In this document: positions 53,579 through 64,000 of the stretch, one piece after another | Layout: each line of letters begins with the position of its first letter | How positions within the stretch are numbered: position 1 is the first letter of the stretch | Assembly: GCA_963745235.1 (NCBI GenBank) | Contig: CAVUXE010000075.1 | Location: forward strand, 1 to 64,000 | Direction of reading: 5' to 3' | DNA: 64,000 bases | Origin: an uncultured Spirochaetota bacterium | Lineage (GTDB): Bacteria > Spirochaetota > Spirochaetia > SZUA-6 > Fen-1364 | Program-made: the position numbers and the translations under genes | Notes under the pieces: generated by a model | Told to the model about the DNA's origin: nothing | Database searches by the model: none | Seen by the model: the letters and a program-made list of their open reading frames with translations, nothing else

Positions 53579-54811
53579 GAGAGGGCCTCCATCCCGAGGG
53601 CAGCTTCCCTCATGCGCAGGTACAGGGCCTCCAGCGCGGTTACCGGGCTCATGTTGTACGTCTCTATCCGCATGAGGCTCTCCCGGATGGCGCTGATCCA
53701 CTCCTCCAGTGTCTCCAGGGCAACAGTCCCGCCCCGAAGGGGATCCTGGAGCCGCAGCGTCAACTCCTCCAGGAATGATACAACGGCCTCTTTCTGGTTT
53801 CTTTCCCGCGCGGAGCGGCGATCCGACGGCAGGAGGTCCGCGAGCTCAGCCAGCACATCGCTGTCCTGGTCCGCCGCGCTCATCACGGCGTCCATGAAAC
53901 GGCGCGACAGCTGCCCCAGCTTTTCGGGGTTGATCTCCTTCCAGGCCAGGAAGAAAGCGCGGAGGCCCTCGAAATGCCCTGCCTCTTCACGGAAGATCCT
54001 CACAAGGACGTCCGACTCCAGGGCGGGGGTCCTCTGCTCGAACTGGTACGGACGGAGGCGGGAGAGAATTGTCGGGATGATGGCCGCTCGCCGCGTGGAA
54101 AGGGCAATCAGGTGCACCGCGGCCGGAGGCTCCTCCAGGAGCTTCAGGAGCGCGTTACGGGCGGAATCCTGCATCCGGTCCACGTTCTCGAGGATTGCAA
54201 CCTTCTTCGAATCTCCGGCGGTGACATGGGCCCAGGAGGAGAGGCGGCGGATCTGGCCGATGGAGATGCTTTCCCCGCGTCCCAGGCTCGCAAGCTGCGC
54301 GCTGGCGGCAATGATGTCTTCCAGGAGACCGGACAACTTCTTCTGGGCCGGAAGCTCCTGCCCCGGGCTGAGCTGAAGTAGCATCTCCTCGAATGCCGGC
54401 CACTTTTTCCTGCGCCGCCTTCACGCGGGACTCCTCCGCGTCCCACACCACCGTGTCGAACCTGCGCGTGAGCTTGCGCACCGAGCGGAGGAAGAGGTAC
54501 TGGGACGGCGGCTTTCGATTGCGAAGGAGGGAGTCCGCGCACGCCGCTATCTCCACGTCCCAATAGCGTGACCCCAGCATGACCGTGTAGGGATGGGAAA
54601 GTTCCTTCTGGCTTCGGCAGGAGCTGCACTCGCAGGACCATTCCCCCGTTCCCAGCCGGCAGGTGAGCACGCGTGCCGCCTCCAGGGCGGCTGAAAGCTT
54701 GCCGCCGTAGGACGGCCCGAAGAACAGCGTGGACCGGGGGAAACTTCCCCGTGCCAGCTCGGCGCGAAGAGTATCAACGGTGCCCTGCTGCCCAATGATG
54801 TTCTCGAACAT
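53575..54811 (-). CDS. holB: DNA polymerase III delta-prime-like subunit, frameshifted
   Basis: MFENIIGQ, C.C.SC, NALLKLLEEPP, PTILSR. Confidence 0.8.
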
Positions 54812-55956
54812 CAGGAGATCCTCACCAGGATCAGGCGGGCAATGTCAGAAGCGGGATTTCCCTTGCTCATGGCATGCGCCCGCGCGCCCATCCGGGACAG
54901 CTCTTGCGGATCCCCTATGAGCGAATCAAGAAGAGAAAGGAATGACTCCGGTGTCGCCTCTTCCTCTTTCAGCACCACCGCGGCCCCGGCCCGGAAAAAG
55001 ACCTGGGCATTGCGAAGCTGGTCTCCCCTGCTTCCCGAAGCGGGGAGCGGGATCAGCACCATCGGCTTGCCAAGAGCGGCCAGCTCTGAGAGCGTGTTCG
55101 CGCCGGAACGACAGACAACGAGATCCGCGGCGGCCATGATGTCCGCAAGCTCTTCCCCGATGAACGGCGCGGTGAAGTAGCGGGGGATTCCGGAGGGCGT
55201 GAAGTCCTTCTCCCCGGTCTGGTGGGCGATAAAGCACGTCCGTGAGAGCTTCGACACGACAGCGGAAACGAGTGAGTTGATGAAGGAAGACCCGAGGCTG
55301 CCGCCGGTGACAAAGACCAGCGGCGTGTGGGGATCACACCCCAGAAAAGCGCGCCCACGCGCGCCGTTTCCCGTTCGCAGGGCGCCGCGCACCGGGTTGC
55401 CCGTCACGACTGCCTTTTCGCGGTAGCGCGCAGGGAGAAAGCCGACAGTGTCAGGGAAAGAGACGAATACCTTTTCGCAGAAACGCAGGTTGATCCTGGT
55501 GGCCAGACCAGGATCGAAATCCGATTCGTGCGTAAATGACGGGATCCCCAACAGGCGCGCCGCCACCACCGGCGGCACGCTCACGAACCCTCCCTTGGAG
55601 AAGAGCAGCGCCGGGCGCTCTCTGCGGAGGATCCTGAGGGAGGCAAAGACACCGGCAAGCACGCGCACAACGTCCGTGACGTTCCGCAGGGAAAGATAGC
55701 GCCGGAGCTTTCCCGCGGGGATGCCGCGGAAATCTATCCCCGCCTGCCGCACAAGCCTCCCCTCCACTCCGCCGGCGGAGCCTATCCAGAGGACCCGGCA
55801 GCCAAGCTGCTCGGCAACAGCGATGCCCGGGAACACGTGCCCTGCCGTGCCTCCGCCCGTGATGGCCACGACGGGCACCTCACGGGCCGCCACGGTGGAG
55901 ACCGTGACGTGTGCGGCGGTCCCGACAGCTTTGAAGCTTGCCTGACCTGTGCCCAT
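54811..55956 (-). CDS. murG: Lipid II GlcNAc transferase
   Basis: GGGTAGHVFP, GKLRRY, KGGFVS, TGNPVR, GGSLG, RSGA. Confidence 0.95.
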   Translation of the reverse strand: MGTGQASFKAVGTAAHVTVSTVAAREVPVVAITGGGTAGHVFPGIAVAEQLGCRVLWIGSAGGVEGRLVRQAGIDFRGIPAGKLRRYLSLRNVTDVVRVLAGVFASLRILRRERPALLFSKGGFVSVPPVVAARLLGIPSFTHESDFDPGLATRINLRFCEKVFVSFPDTVGFLPARYREKAVVTGNPVRGALRTGNGARGRAFLGCDPHTPLVFVTGGSLGSSFINSLVSAVVSKLSRTCFIAHQTGEKDFTPSGIPRYFTAPFIGEELADIMAAADLVVCRSGANTLSELAALGKPMVLIPLPASGSRGDQLRNAQVFFRAGAAVVLKEEEATPESFLSLLDSLIGDPQELSRMGARAHAMSKGNPASDIARLILVRIS

Positions 55957-55975
55957 AGTGTAGTTTGACCTTACC

Positions 55976-56755
55976 ATGAAGCTCGTGCTGCTAGCAATCC
56001 AGATGCTCATCTTTCTCTCACCGCTTGGCGCGCAGGACCCCCTGGAGCGCTATTTCCCTGCGGCCTCACTGGACAAGCTGCGCGCCGGGAAGACCCTTTC
56101 CGCGAGCGTCCCTGCTGACTGGGGCCTGTCCCTGCTTCCTTCGATTGCCTCCGGGGAATCGATTTCGGCAGATCTCAAGACCCGCCAGCCGAGCATTGGC
56201 GTGGAGATCAGCAGCATCATCGCAGGGCTTCCTCGGCAGATGGACACGAGGGAAGGGTGGCTGCTGCTCTACAACAGCCTGCATGCCGTGAGCACCATGA
56301 AGGGGATCCCCTACTATTCGTTCTCCCGAGGGACCAACCGCGTCCTGTTCACCGAGTCCTACGTCGTGGACTCAACAAGCAGGAAGGAGCGGGTGGCGGA
56401 TTCCACCTTCAGCGAGATACCCGTGGAGGATCTTATCTACACGTTCCAGGAGGACGGCACGTTCGGGAAGAACGTCTACGAAGAGAGCTTTTCCTTCCGG
56501 GACGATCACCTCCTGGTGAGCATCCGCAACATGACGACTATTTCCTTCCTCTTCCTGCCCCTCATTCAGCCCGGAGACCTGGTGAGCCGGATTGCCCTCA
56601 TTCCCAACGGCAAGGACGTCGCTTTCTACGGGGTGTCGTATCTATCCACGTCGTTTCCGATGGGTGACCGCCACAGCAGGGAAGAATCGCTGAAGAACCG
56701 GCTGACGGCAATGGCGAACTGGCTGAAAGGCCGGCTGGACGGCGGGGCGCAGTAA
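55976..56755 (+). CDS. Conserved exported hypothetical protein
   Basis: Signal peptide; VSTMKGIPYYS, FQED.TFG.N.Y, SL.NRL.A..W. Confidence 0.6.
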   Translation: MKLVLLAIQMLIFLSPLGAQDPLERYFPAASLDKLRAGKTLSASVPADWGLSLLPSIASGESISADLKTRQPSIGVEISSIIAGLPRQMDTREGWLLLYNSLHAVSTMKGIPYYSFSRGTNRVLFTESYVVDSTSRKERVADSTFSEIPVEDLIYTFQEDGTFGKNVYEESFSFRDDHLLVSIRNMTTISFLFLPLIQPGDLVSRIALIPNGKDVAFYGVSYLSTSFPMGDRHSREESLKNRLTAMANWLKGRLDGGAQ

Positions 56756-56759
56756 CGGG

Positions 56760-57791
56760 TCAGGCCGACATGATCCTGTTGCGTCCTGCCTGCTTGGCCC
56801 GGTACATCGCCTGGTCAGTCCGCTGGATCCAGGCTTCCTGGCTTTCGCCGGGGCGGTAGCAGGAGACGCCAATGGAGACTGTCACGTGGAAGCCGTCACC
56901 GGAGCACGTGAACACGGCCTCCTCCATGTCGCGCCTGAACCTCTCGCTGATCCCCAGGGCCTGCGCTTCCGTGGTGTTTGACAGGATGATGAAGAACTCT
57001 TCTCCGCCGTAGCGTCCGGCGTAGTCGTACTTTCGAAGACCCCGGGAAAGACGGGTGCCGATCTCGCTGATGACCCTGTCCCCGCACGGGTGGCCGTAAT
57101 TGTCATTGATGCCCTTGAAGGAATCCATGTCCATCATCAGCCCTGCCAGCGGCGCCTGGAGCCGAAGGGAGCGCTCCATCTCGATTGCCAGGCGCGTGAA
57201 GAGGCTCCGGCGGTTGAGGAGCCCGGAAAGGGCGTCATACGCCGCAATCTGCTCCAGCTCCTTGTTGGCCGTCTCGAGCTCCTCGTTCAGCTTGCGGATC
57301 TTGTCGTAGGCATCCTTGAGGCTCTGGTTCTGGTCAAGGACAAGGGATGACAACCTTTCCTCCTCAGCGACGGCTATCCTGTAGAACTCTCTTTCCTTGA
57401 GAAGGGTCGCCTGGCTCTGCCACCTGCTCTGCGCCGCCCGGATGCGGGCGCGAAGCTCCCGCTCGTCAATCGGCTTGCGGATGAAATCATCCGGGCCGGA
57501 CTCGAAGGTGCCCAGCAGGTCCGCCCCGTCCCCCTTGCTGGAAAGCAGGATGAGCTGCAGGGGCTGGCTGCGGTGAAGGCCCCGGATGATCCTGGCAAAA
57601 GTGGGCAGGTCATCATGAGGCATCCCCGCGGCCAGCAGCACGACGTGGATCTCCCTTTCAGAAATGGTGCGTATTGCTTCCTCTCCGCTCTCCGCGAGGA
57701 AGAGCAGGTACGCATCGTTTCGAAGGGATCGATCGATCTGCGCAAGATCTTCCGCGTCGTCATCCACGATGAGCACGTTCGTGGCAGGCAT
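56760..57791 (-). CDS. REC-coiled coil-GGDEF diguanylate cyclase
   Basis: LIVDDD, D.LSGLLNRR, INDNYGH..GD, RKYD I-site, GGEEF. Confidence 0.92.
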   Translation of the reverse strand: MPATNVLIVDDDAEDLAQIDRSLRNDAYLLFLAESGEEAIRTISEREIHVVLLAAGMPHDDLPTFARIIRGLHRSQPLQLILLSSKGDGADLLGTFESGPDDFIRKPIDERELRARIRAAQSRWQSQATLLKEREFYRIAVAEEERLSSLVLDQNQSLKDAYDKIRKLNEELETANKELEQIAAYDALSGLLNRRSLFTRLAIEMERSLRLQAPLAGLMMDMDSFKGINDNYGHPCGDRVISEIGTRLSRGLRKYDYAGRYGGEEFFIILSNTTEAQALGISERFRRDMEEAVFTCSGDGFHVTVSIGVSCYRPGESQEAWIQRTDQAMYRAKQAGRNRIMSA

Positions 57792-57835
57792 ATGGTGCAG
57801 GCAAGGATAGGGAAAAACCGGCTTCTGGTCAACGT

Positions 57836-59161
57836 TCAGGGCATGGCGAGCAGGCGCAGCGCATCCTGCAGGAGCCCGGTGGCCAGCCCCACAACCAGGC
57901 CGAACCACCCCGCGTACCGCAGGAAACGGACGCGCGCGGAAGCAAAGAGCTCACCACCGGACTCTGCCGCAAAGCGCGACGAGGTCGCGCGAAGAAAGCC
58001 GTCAATCTTCTCTTTCCTGGCGGGATCTACCCCGAGCAGGCGGCCGACCGGGAGGGAGGCGTTGTCGCGGAGAAAACCCGCCGCGGTTCCGGCAATCTTT
58101 TCCGACAGGGAAGCGGCGGTCTCCGGCCGGGACAGCCACGAAAGGAGGCTGTTTGCAAGGGAGTCAGAAAGCTCTGTGTCGCTCAGCCCGGCCCGCTGCC
58201 GCAGGAAGGCCCCAACGGTCTGCCCACCCCCGCTCAGGAACGCTTCCAATGAACGGTAGGCGTTCTCCCGCGGCGCCGGCTCGGCAAGCTTCCGCAATTG
58301 TCCGTCGACAAGCTCCGCGATCAGCCGCGCGGTCTCCTCGCGTGACCCGGGGCCGCCCCGCCAGTCCCTGATGGCCAGGAGGATGCTGTCCTGCATGGCT
58401 CTCTGCTGGGTCGGGTCACGCATGATGCGCTCCAGCGCCTGCAGCGTCTCCTGGACAATGGCCGGCATCTGTTCGTCTATGCGCCTGTCGAACTGCCCCG
58501 CGCTCAGGAGCAGCCGCTGCATGACGTTGAGCTTCTCCAATATGCGCGGAAGAAGCTCCCTGCCCCGCGCGGCAATGGTGTCCCGCATCTCAGCTGATTC
58601 CAGCCACTCGATGAGCCTCTCCACCACCCCGGGGAGCAGTTTCCCCAGCGGGGCGGAAATGTTCGTCAGTGTTTCGTCAGAAATGAACGGCCCGGCGTGT
58701 TCCGCGGTGAGCGCGCTGACCGCCAGGGCAACTGCTTTCCTGTTCTTCTCCGTTGCGAGGCCCGGGAGGACCCGTTGAATAAGGAAGGGTTTCGCGTTGA
58801 TCCTGGAAAGAAAATCCTGCATCGAAAGAGCACACAGGGAGGTGACGGCCTCAGACACGGCCTGCCTCAGGTCGTGCAGGAAACGGGGCGTCAGGACAAG
58901 CCCTCGGATGGCTCCTTCAACTGACGCGCGAATCACCCCGGTCATGGTCCGCGGGGCGTCGGGAAAAAGCTCGGCCAGGGGCTTCTCAAGAAGGCTGGCC
59001 GTGAGAAGCGGTACCGAAGATGCAGCGCTTCGCAACAGACCATCGGCGAGACCTCGGGCGGAAAGGCGCGCCGCAAGTCTCCCCGCTGCAAGACCAATCA
59101 GCCCCCCGGCGAGCGGAGGAGCCGCCCAGGAAAGGGCAGCAAGGACGGTCCCGGCGGTCAT
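57836..59161 (-). CDS. DUF445-like membrane-anchored helical protein
   Basis: N-terminal PPLAGGLIG and C-terminal G..FGLVVGL hydrophobic ends. Confidence 0.6.
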   Translation of the reverse strand: MTAGTVLAALSWAAPPLAGGLIGLAAGRLAARLSARGLADGLLRSAASSVPLLTASLLEKPLAELFPDAPRTMTGVIRASVEGAIRGLVLTPRFLHDLRQAVSEAVTSLCALSMQDFLSRINAKPFLIQRVLPGLATEKNRKAVALAVSALTAEHAGPFISDETLTNISAPLGKLLPGVVERLIEWLESAEMRDTIAARGRELLPRILEKLNVMQRLLLSAGQFDRRIDEQMPAIVQETLQALERIMRDPTQQRAMQDSILLAIRDWRGGPGSREETARLIAELVDGQLRKLAEPAPRENAYRSLEAFLSGGGQTVGAFLRQRAGLSDTELSDSLANSLLSWLSRPETAASLSEKIAGTAAGFLRDNASLPVGRLLGVDPARKEKIDGFLRATSSRFAAESGGELFASARVRFLRYAGWFGLVVGLATGLLQDALRLLAMP

Positions 59162-59556
59162 TTCAAAGAGGCGGCAAACGCGTCGGCTTTGGCCCGGCTA
59201 TCGAATATGCTGATGTACGAGCCAAAGACCCAGCCCTTGAGCCCCTCGTAGTTCACGCGGTACCAGAAGGACGTGTCGTTCTCCACCGTGTCCTGCTTGT
59301 CCGACTTGCTGATGACCTCCACTACGGAGCCCATGCGGATGTGGGCAAGGACGGTGGCCTGGCCGGTGGCCTGGTCACGCACCCTGAGCAGCGGAGACTT
59401 CACCACCGCCCACGTCGAGCGGATGCTCAGAACAGGAGTGGGAGGGAGGCTGACGCGCTCCGCGCCCGAAGACCGGCCGCACGAGGCAGCGGCCAGCGCC
59501 GCCGCGCACAGCGCAGCGATCCGCATGAGCTCCCCGAAGCGCACCCTGTTCCGCAT
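59158..59556 (-). CDS. SH3b-domain lipoprotein
   Basis: AASC lipobox, LRVRD, WYRVNY.GLKGWVFG.Y. Confidence 0.8.
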   Translation of the reverse strand: MRNRVRFGELMRIAALCAAALAAASCGRSSGAERVSLPPTPVLSIRSTWAVVKSPLLRVRDQATGQATVLAHIRMGSVVEVISKSDKQDTVENDTSFWYRVNYEGLKGWVFGSYISIFDSRAKADAFAASLK

Positions 59557-59594
59557 TGGTTTTTCGGGCGCCTGAGACCTATATTCTGCTGAGG

Positions 59595-60176
59595 ATGGGA
59601 GGCCGTTCCCTTTCACGAGGAGCAGTATTCATCATTTTTCTGGCATGGACAACTGGGATTGCTTCGGCCTTCTCCATCGGTTTGACGGGAGATGCCGCCT
59701 TCCAGGTGGTCAGCGGCCAGGGTTTCGGCCCCAAGGAGCAGGGCGGTGGGGGCGCTGAGGTGTCCTTGTCATTCCCCATACTCAGGTGGCTCAGCGTCGG
59801 GACGTTCTTCGGTCTCTCCGAGACGTTGCCGTCGGACACCACGGGCGGGTTCGTCTACCGCGGGTACGGCACCGGCGCGCTGGGCGCGTGCGTGGAGGCG
59901 CACGGCTCGATTGGACAGTGGCGTAACGCCGGTACCCTCGATGCCGGAGGCAGACTGGGCGTGGCCGCGGACTGGTCCGCGTACCAGTACACCAGCCTGT
60001 TTTTCTTCTACCCGGAAACGCTGGTGGAAGGCTTTCTGGGCTTCCGCTTCGCCGGGCTTCCTTCGCTGCAGCTTCGGCTTGCCCTGCCGTTCAGGGTTCA
60101 GCTCCGGCGGGATCTGGATTACTCCGTGTCCGCGGCAATCGGGCTCGGCGCGGTCTACACATTCGGCGGTGCCTGA
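59595..60176 (+). CDS. Small putative outer-membrane beta-barrel protein
   Basis: Signal peptide, alternating hydrophobic strands, C-terminal IGLGAVYTF. Confidence 0.55.
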   Translation: MGGRSLSRGAVFIIFLAWTTGIASAFSIGLTGDAAFQVVSGQGFGPKEQGGGGAEVSLSFPILRWLSVGTFFGLSETLPSDTTGGFVYRGYGTGALGACVEAHGSIGQWRNAGTLDAGGRLGVAADWSAYQYTSLFFFYPETLVEGFLGFRFAGLPSLQLRLALPFRVQLRRDLDYSVSAAIGLGAVYTFGGA

Positions 60177-61197
60177 ATGAGACGATTCTTCCCCGCAATT
60201 GCTTCCCTGGGCGCCGCGCTGGGCGCTTCCCTGGGCGCCGCGCTGCTCACCTCCTGCTCGCTCACGCTATGGAACTATTCGAACATCGCCCCGAAGCACT
60301 ACGCCCTCGTGTACGGGGTGGCAATGTACGAGTCCACGGCGTCGGTCGGGGTGCCTCCCAATCTCAACTTCCCGGGCTCTGACGCGCAATCCGTGGCAGC
60401 AATGCTGACGGCGGAGGGCTACCTGGTAAAGAGCAGATGGGTGGACGCGGCCGGCAACGAGTGGGTGGACGGTGTAGAAGGGCCGAATATCGCAACCAAT
60501 ATGACGAATGCTCCGACAAGAGCGAACCTGATTGCGGACCTGGCCGCGCTGGGAAGTCAGGTCGGATCAAACGACCTCTTCGTCTTCTACTTCTCCGGCC
60601 ATGGGATGCAGGTGACAGGCACGCCGCCAGTTGAATACATCGTGCCCGAGGGTGGCGTCAGCGGCGGATATGGGATACCTGCGAACTCTGTCTCGGACAC
60701 AGAGCTCGGGTCTTTCCTCGGGCCGATCTCCACGAAGCGAAAAGTCGTCATTCTCGACTCCTGCAACTCGGGAGGATTCATCGGAAGCAGCCTCGAAGCA
60801 GATTCCATTCCGGCTGCTTCCCTCGGCAACTCGGGAGGCATTTCGGTCCAGGCTCTCGCGCAGGCCCTCGACAACTACCTCAGCTTCAGCGCATCCTCCG
60901 GCGGGCTCTCCCCCTATGGTGGCGCCATGGTCCTTTCGGCGGCCGGGAGGGACGAGTCGTGCTATGAAGACGCGCCGGGAGGCCCATTCCTGCACGGCAT
61001 CGTGACCTACTACCTGTTGCAGGCGCCATGGTCCGCGGACTTCAATCATGACGGCCACGTGACAGTCGGTGAAGCCTTCTCCCTGGTCAAGGCGGCAATC
61101 GATCAGGACTGGAATGGAAACGCCGGCGTCCAGGCCGCCGGTGAAACATTTCGAGCCACGGATCTCCGGCGGCCCGATAGACTTCGTCCTTTGGTAG
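60177..61197 (+). CDS. Caspase-family (peptidase C14) lipoprotein; frameshift near 61150
   Basis: LTSC lipobox, YALVYGV..Y, FYFSGHG, ILDSCNSG; alternative frame ends ISGGPIDFVLW*. Confidence 0.85.
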
Positions 61198-61211
61198 ACT
61201 CGGTTGCAAGC

Positions 61212-63204
61212 TCAGGTGGGCGACATTTCCTTGACTTTCCTGATCTCGTCCCGGACGACGGCGGCCCGCTCGAACTCGAGGTTCTTGGCGAGCTCGAACA
61301 TCTCCTCCTCCAGCGCCCGGATGAGGGCCTTTTTCTCCTTCGGCACGAGCACGTTGTAGCTGCGGCTGAGCACGTCGATGGTGAGCTCTTCCGTCCGCCG
61401 CTTCTCTTCCCGCTTGCGCACGAGGATGTCCTGGATGGACTTGGAGATGGTCTTCGGGGTGATCCCGTTTTCCGTGTTGTAGCGCTCCTGGATGACGCGC
61501 CGGCGCCGGGTCTCGTCTATGGCGAGCCGCATCGCGTCCGAGGTTCTGTCCGCATACATGATCACGCGGCCGTTGACGTTGCGCGCCGCGCGGCCGATTG
61601 TCTGAATCAGCGAGGTCGCGGACCTCAGGAAGCCGATCTTGTCCGCGTCCAGGATTGCAATCAGGGAAACCTCCGGCAGGTCCAGGCCCTCCCGAAGGAG
61701 GTTGATCCCCACCAGGACGTCGAATGTTCCGGCGCGCAGGTCCCGGAGAATCTCCACGCGCTCGATGGTCTCGATCTCTGAGTGAAGGTAGCGGACTTTC
61801 AGGCCCAGCTCGCTCAGGTAGTCGGTGAGGTCCTCAGCCATCCGCTTGGTGAGCGTGGTCACGAGGGTCCGTTCTCCCTGCGCCACCTGGGACTTGATCT
61901 GCGCGTAAAGGTCCTCCATCTGCCCTTCCGTCGGCCGCACCTCCACCGTCGGGTCAAGCAGCCCGGTGGGACGGATGACCTGCTCAGCGGTCTGCCGCGC
62001 CTTGGCGGCTTCCTCCTCCCCCGGAGTGGCGGAGACATAGATGACCTTGTCCAGCATGGTCTCGAACTCGTTGTAGTGCAGGGGCCTGTTGTCCAGCGCG
62101 GAGGGGAGCCGAAACCCGTATTTCACGAGGGAAAGCTTGCGGGCCCGGTCTCCCTCGAACATGCCCCGAACCTGGGGAAGCGTCACGTGGGACTCATCGA
62201 TGAAGGCCAGGAACTTCTGGGGGAAGAAGTCCAGGAGAACGGCAGGCCTCTCCCCTTCCTTCCTTCCGCTCAAGTGCCGCGAATAGTTCTCGATCCCCGA
62301 GCAGTACCCCATCTGCTCCAGCATCTCCAGGTCGTATTCCGTGCGCGTCTTGATGCGCTCCGCCTCCAGGAGCTTGCCCTCCTCCGAGAACTGGCGTAAC
62401 CTGGCCGCAAGCTCGTCCCGGATGAGCCCCAGCGCGTTTCTGCAGGCGCTCCTGCGGCATCACGAAGTACTTGGCGGGATAGACCGTGACGAACTCCAGG
62501 TCCTCAACGGTCGCGCCGGAGAGAGGGTCTATCCGCCTGATCCGCTCGATCTCGTCTCCGAAGAACTCAACACGCACCGCCTCTCTCGAGTACGAAGGGA
62601 ATATCTCCAGCACGTCGCCCCGGACGCGGAAGCGCGACCTCTCGAACACGGCGTCGTTTCTCTCGTACTGAAGCGATACAAGACGATGCATGAGGTCCCG
62701 CATGTCCTCCGTTTCGCCCTTCTTCAGCTCGATGCGCATCTCCCGGTAGTCCTCCGGGTTCCCCAGGCCGTAGATGCAGGACACCGTGGCGACAACAATG
62801 ACGTCCCGCCGCTCCATCAGAGACGTGGTGGCGGACAGCCGCATCCGCTCGATCTCCTGGTTGATGGAGGCGTCCTTCTCGATGTACAGGTCCTTGCCCG
62901 GCACGTATGCTTCGGGCTGGTAGTAGTCGTAATAGGAGACGAAATACTCAACGGCGTTGCCGGGAAAGAAGTCCGTGAACTCCCGATACAACTGGGCGGC
63001 GAGCGTCTTGTTGTGGGAAAGCACGAGAGTTGGAAGCTGCGCTTCCTCGATGATCTTCGCCATGGTGTACGTCTTGCCTGAACCGGTGACCCCCTTGAGG
63101 GTCTGGAACCTGTGGCCGGCCGAAAGCCCCTGCGCAAGCCTCGTGATTGCAGCGCCCTGGTCTCCCGCGGGCTCAAACGGAGATTCGACGTGAAGCCTGG
63201 GCAT
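61212..63204 (-). CDS. uvrB: Excinuclease ABC subunit B, frameshifted
   Basis: [44 protein letters not shown]. Confidence 0.96.
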
Positions 63205-63215
63205 GCACTGACTCG

Positions 63216-64000
63216 CTACTGTCCGGGCGCCGGAGCCTGCACAAGCTTGACGCGGAGCGTTCTTTCCTGCCCGCTGCGGATCACCTTTACTTCAACGGTC
63301 TCTCCCGGCTTCGTGCTTTCCAGAGCGTTCAGGTAGTCGGAGTACGTCGCAACGGGGATTCCGTTGAGGGCGGTGATGATGTCACCGCCGGGGTAGAAGG
63401 TGGCCCTTCCACCGCTCACGCCGCGGCTCGTGTCCCCGCCGCGCAGTCCCGACTGCCTGGCCGTGGGCCCGACGGTATTCACGAGAATCCCCTTGTCCAC
63501 GGGCAGGCGGAAGTAATTGACCAGGGCAGGGAAAAGCTGGACCGGGTCGATGTCGATCCACCCGCGTCTCACGGCGCCGTAGCGGATCAGCTCCTCCGCG
63601 ACCCGGCGCGCGGTGTTCACGGGGATGGCAAAGCCGATCCCCGCCGAGGCGCCGGAGGGCGACTTGATTGCGGAGTTGATGCCGACGAGCTCCCCGCGAG
63701 AGTTCAGCAGAGGTCCTCCCGAATTGCCCGGATTGATTGCCGCATCTGTCTGGATTGTCTCACGGATCAGGTACCCGTCCTCTGTCTGCAGGGGCCGCGC
63801 AAGGCCGGAGACGACTCCCCTGGTCAGGGTCCGGTCCAGACCAAAAGGGTTCCCGATGGCCAGCACTTTCTGGCCGACGCGCAGCGTGGCGGAATTACCG
63901 AAGGGCACCGTGGTGAGGGTCTTGCCGTGAGGATCGAACTGGACCACGGCAAGGTCGTTCTCCGGGTCAGATCCCGGCGATCTTCCCCACCACCTCGGTC
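63216..64000 (-). CDS. HtrA-like trypsin protease with PDZ, cut by the window edge
   Basis: [24 protein letters not shown]. Confidence 0.92.
   Translation of the reverse strand, partial: PRWWGRSPGSDPENDLAVVQFDPHGKTLTTVPFGNSATLRVGQKVLAIGNPFGLDRTLTRGVVSGLARPLQTEDGYLIRETIQTDAAINPGNSGGPLLNSRGELVGINSAIKSPSGASAGIGFAIPVNTARRVAEELIRYGAVRRGWIDIDPVQLFPALVNYFRLPVDKGILVNTVGPTARQSGLRGGDTSRGVSGGRATFYPGGDIITALNGIPVATYSDYLNALESTKPGETVEVKVIRSGQERTLRVKLVQAPAPGQ

Noticed and set aside
48759-54376. Long plus-strand ORFs (e.g. 49812-51062, 51096-52433, 52895-54376)
   Set aside because: These are antisense shadows of well-supported minus-strand genes in high-GC DNA.
60177-61781. 534-aa caspase with an extra domain
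   Set aside because: The tail is the antisense of uvrB; a frameshift near 61150 explains it.
1-64000. Frameshifts in many genes as programmed frameshifting or mass pseudogenisation
   Set aside because: They hit conserved housekeeping genes with intact motifs and no consistent slippery site, which is typical of long-read indel error.
1-64000. tRNA, rRNA, integron integrase or prophage genes
   Set aside because: None were recognisable by eye; a covariance-model search would be needed to exclude small RNAs.

Overview
GC-rich bacterial chromosome segment, most likely from a Spirochaetia-like organism (inferred from the murG-holB-HK-NtrC synteny, orphan groES and JAB-DinG). Single-base frameshifts hit even conserved genes (uvrB, lysC, dapF, uvrD-like), so most are probably long-read errors. 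Layout: 1-14 kb is a polysaccharide locus (CDP-sugar genes, wzm/wzt, ugd, GDP-heptose pathway with its own transaldolase, an IS200 insertion, and a probably chimeric ppdK fragment at the edge). 14-19 kb is toxin-antitoxin (TA) island 1 with a serine hydrolase-GyrI lipoprotein. 19-29 kb holds envelope and metabolic genes. 28.9-33 kb is TA island 2, which has integron attC sites but no integrase. 33-64 kb is housekeeping and signalling genes. The best discoveries are: (i) a decayed IS110/IS1111-type element inserted into an attC site, whose 3' non-coding end carries short segments matching both the attC target and its own end (candidate bridge/seek RNA); (ii) a near-consensus sigma54 promoter with candidate enhancer palindromes driving an RpoS-like sigma factor, with an Hk2/Rrp2-like pair nearby. 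All family assignments are from motif recognition; no searches were run.
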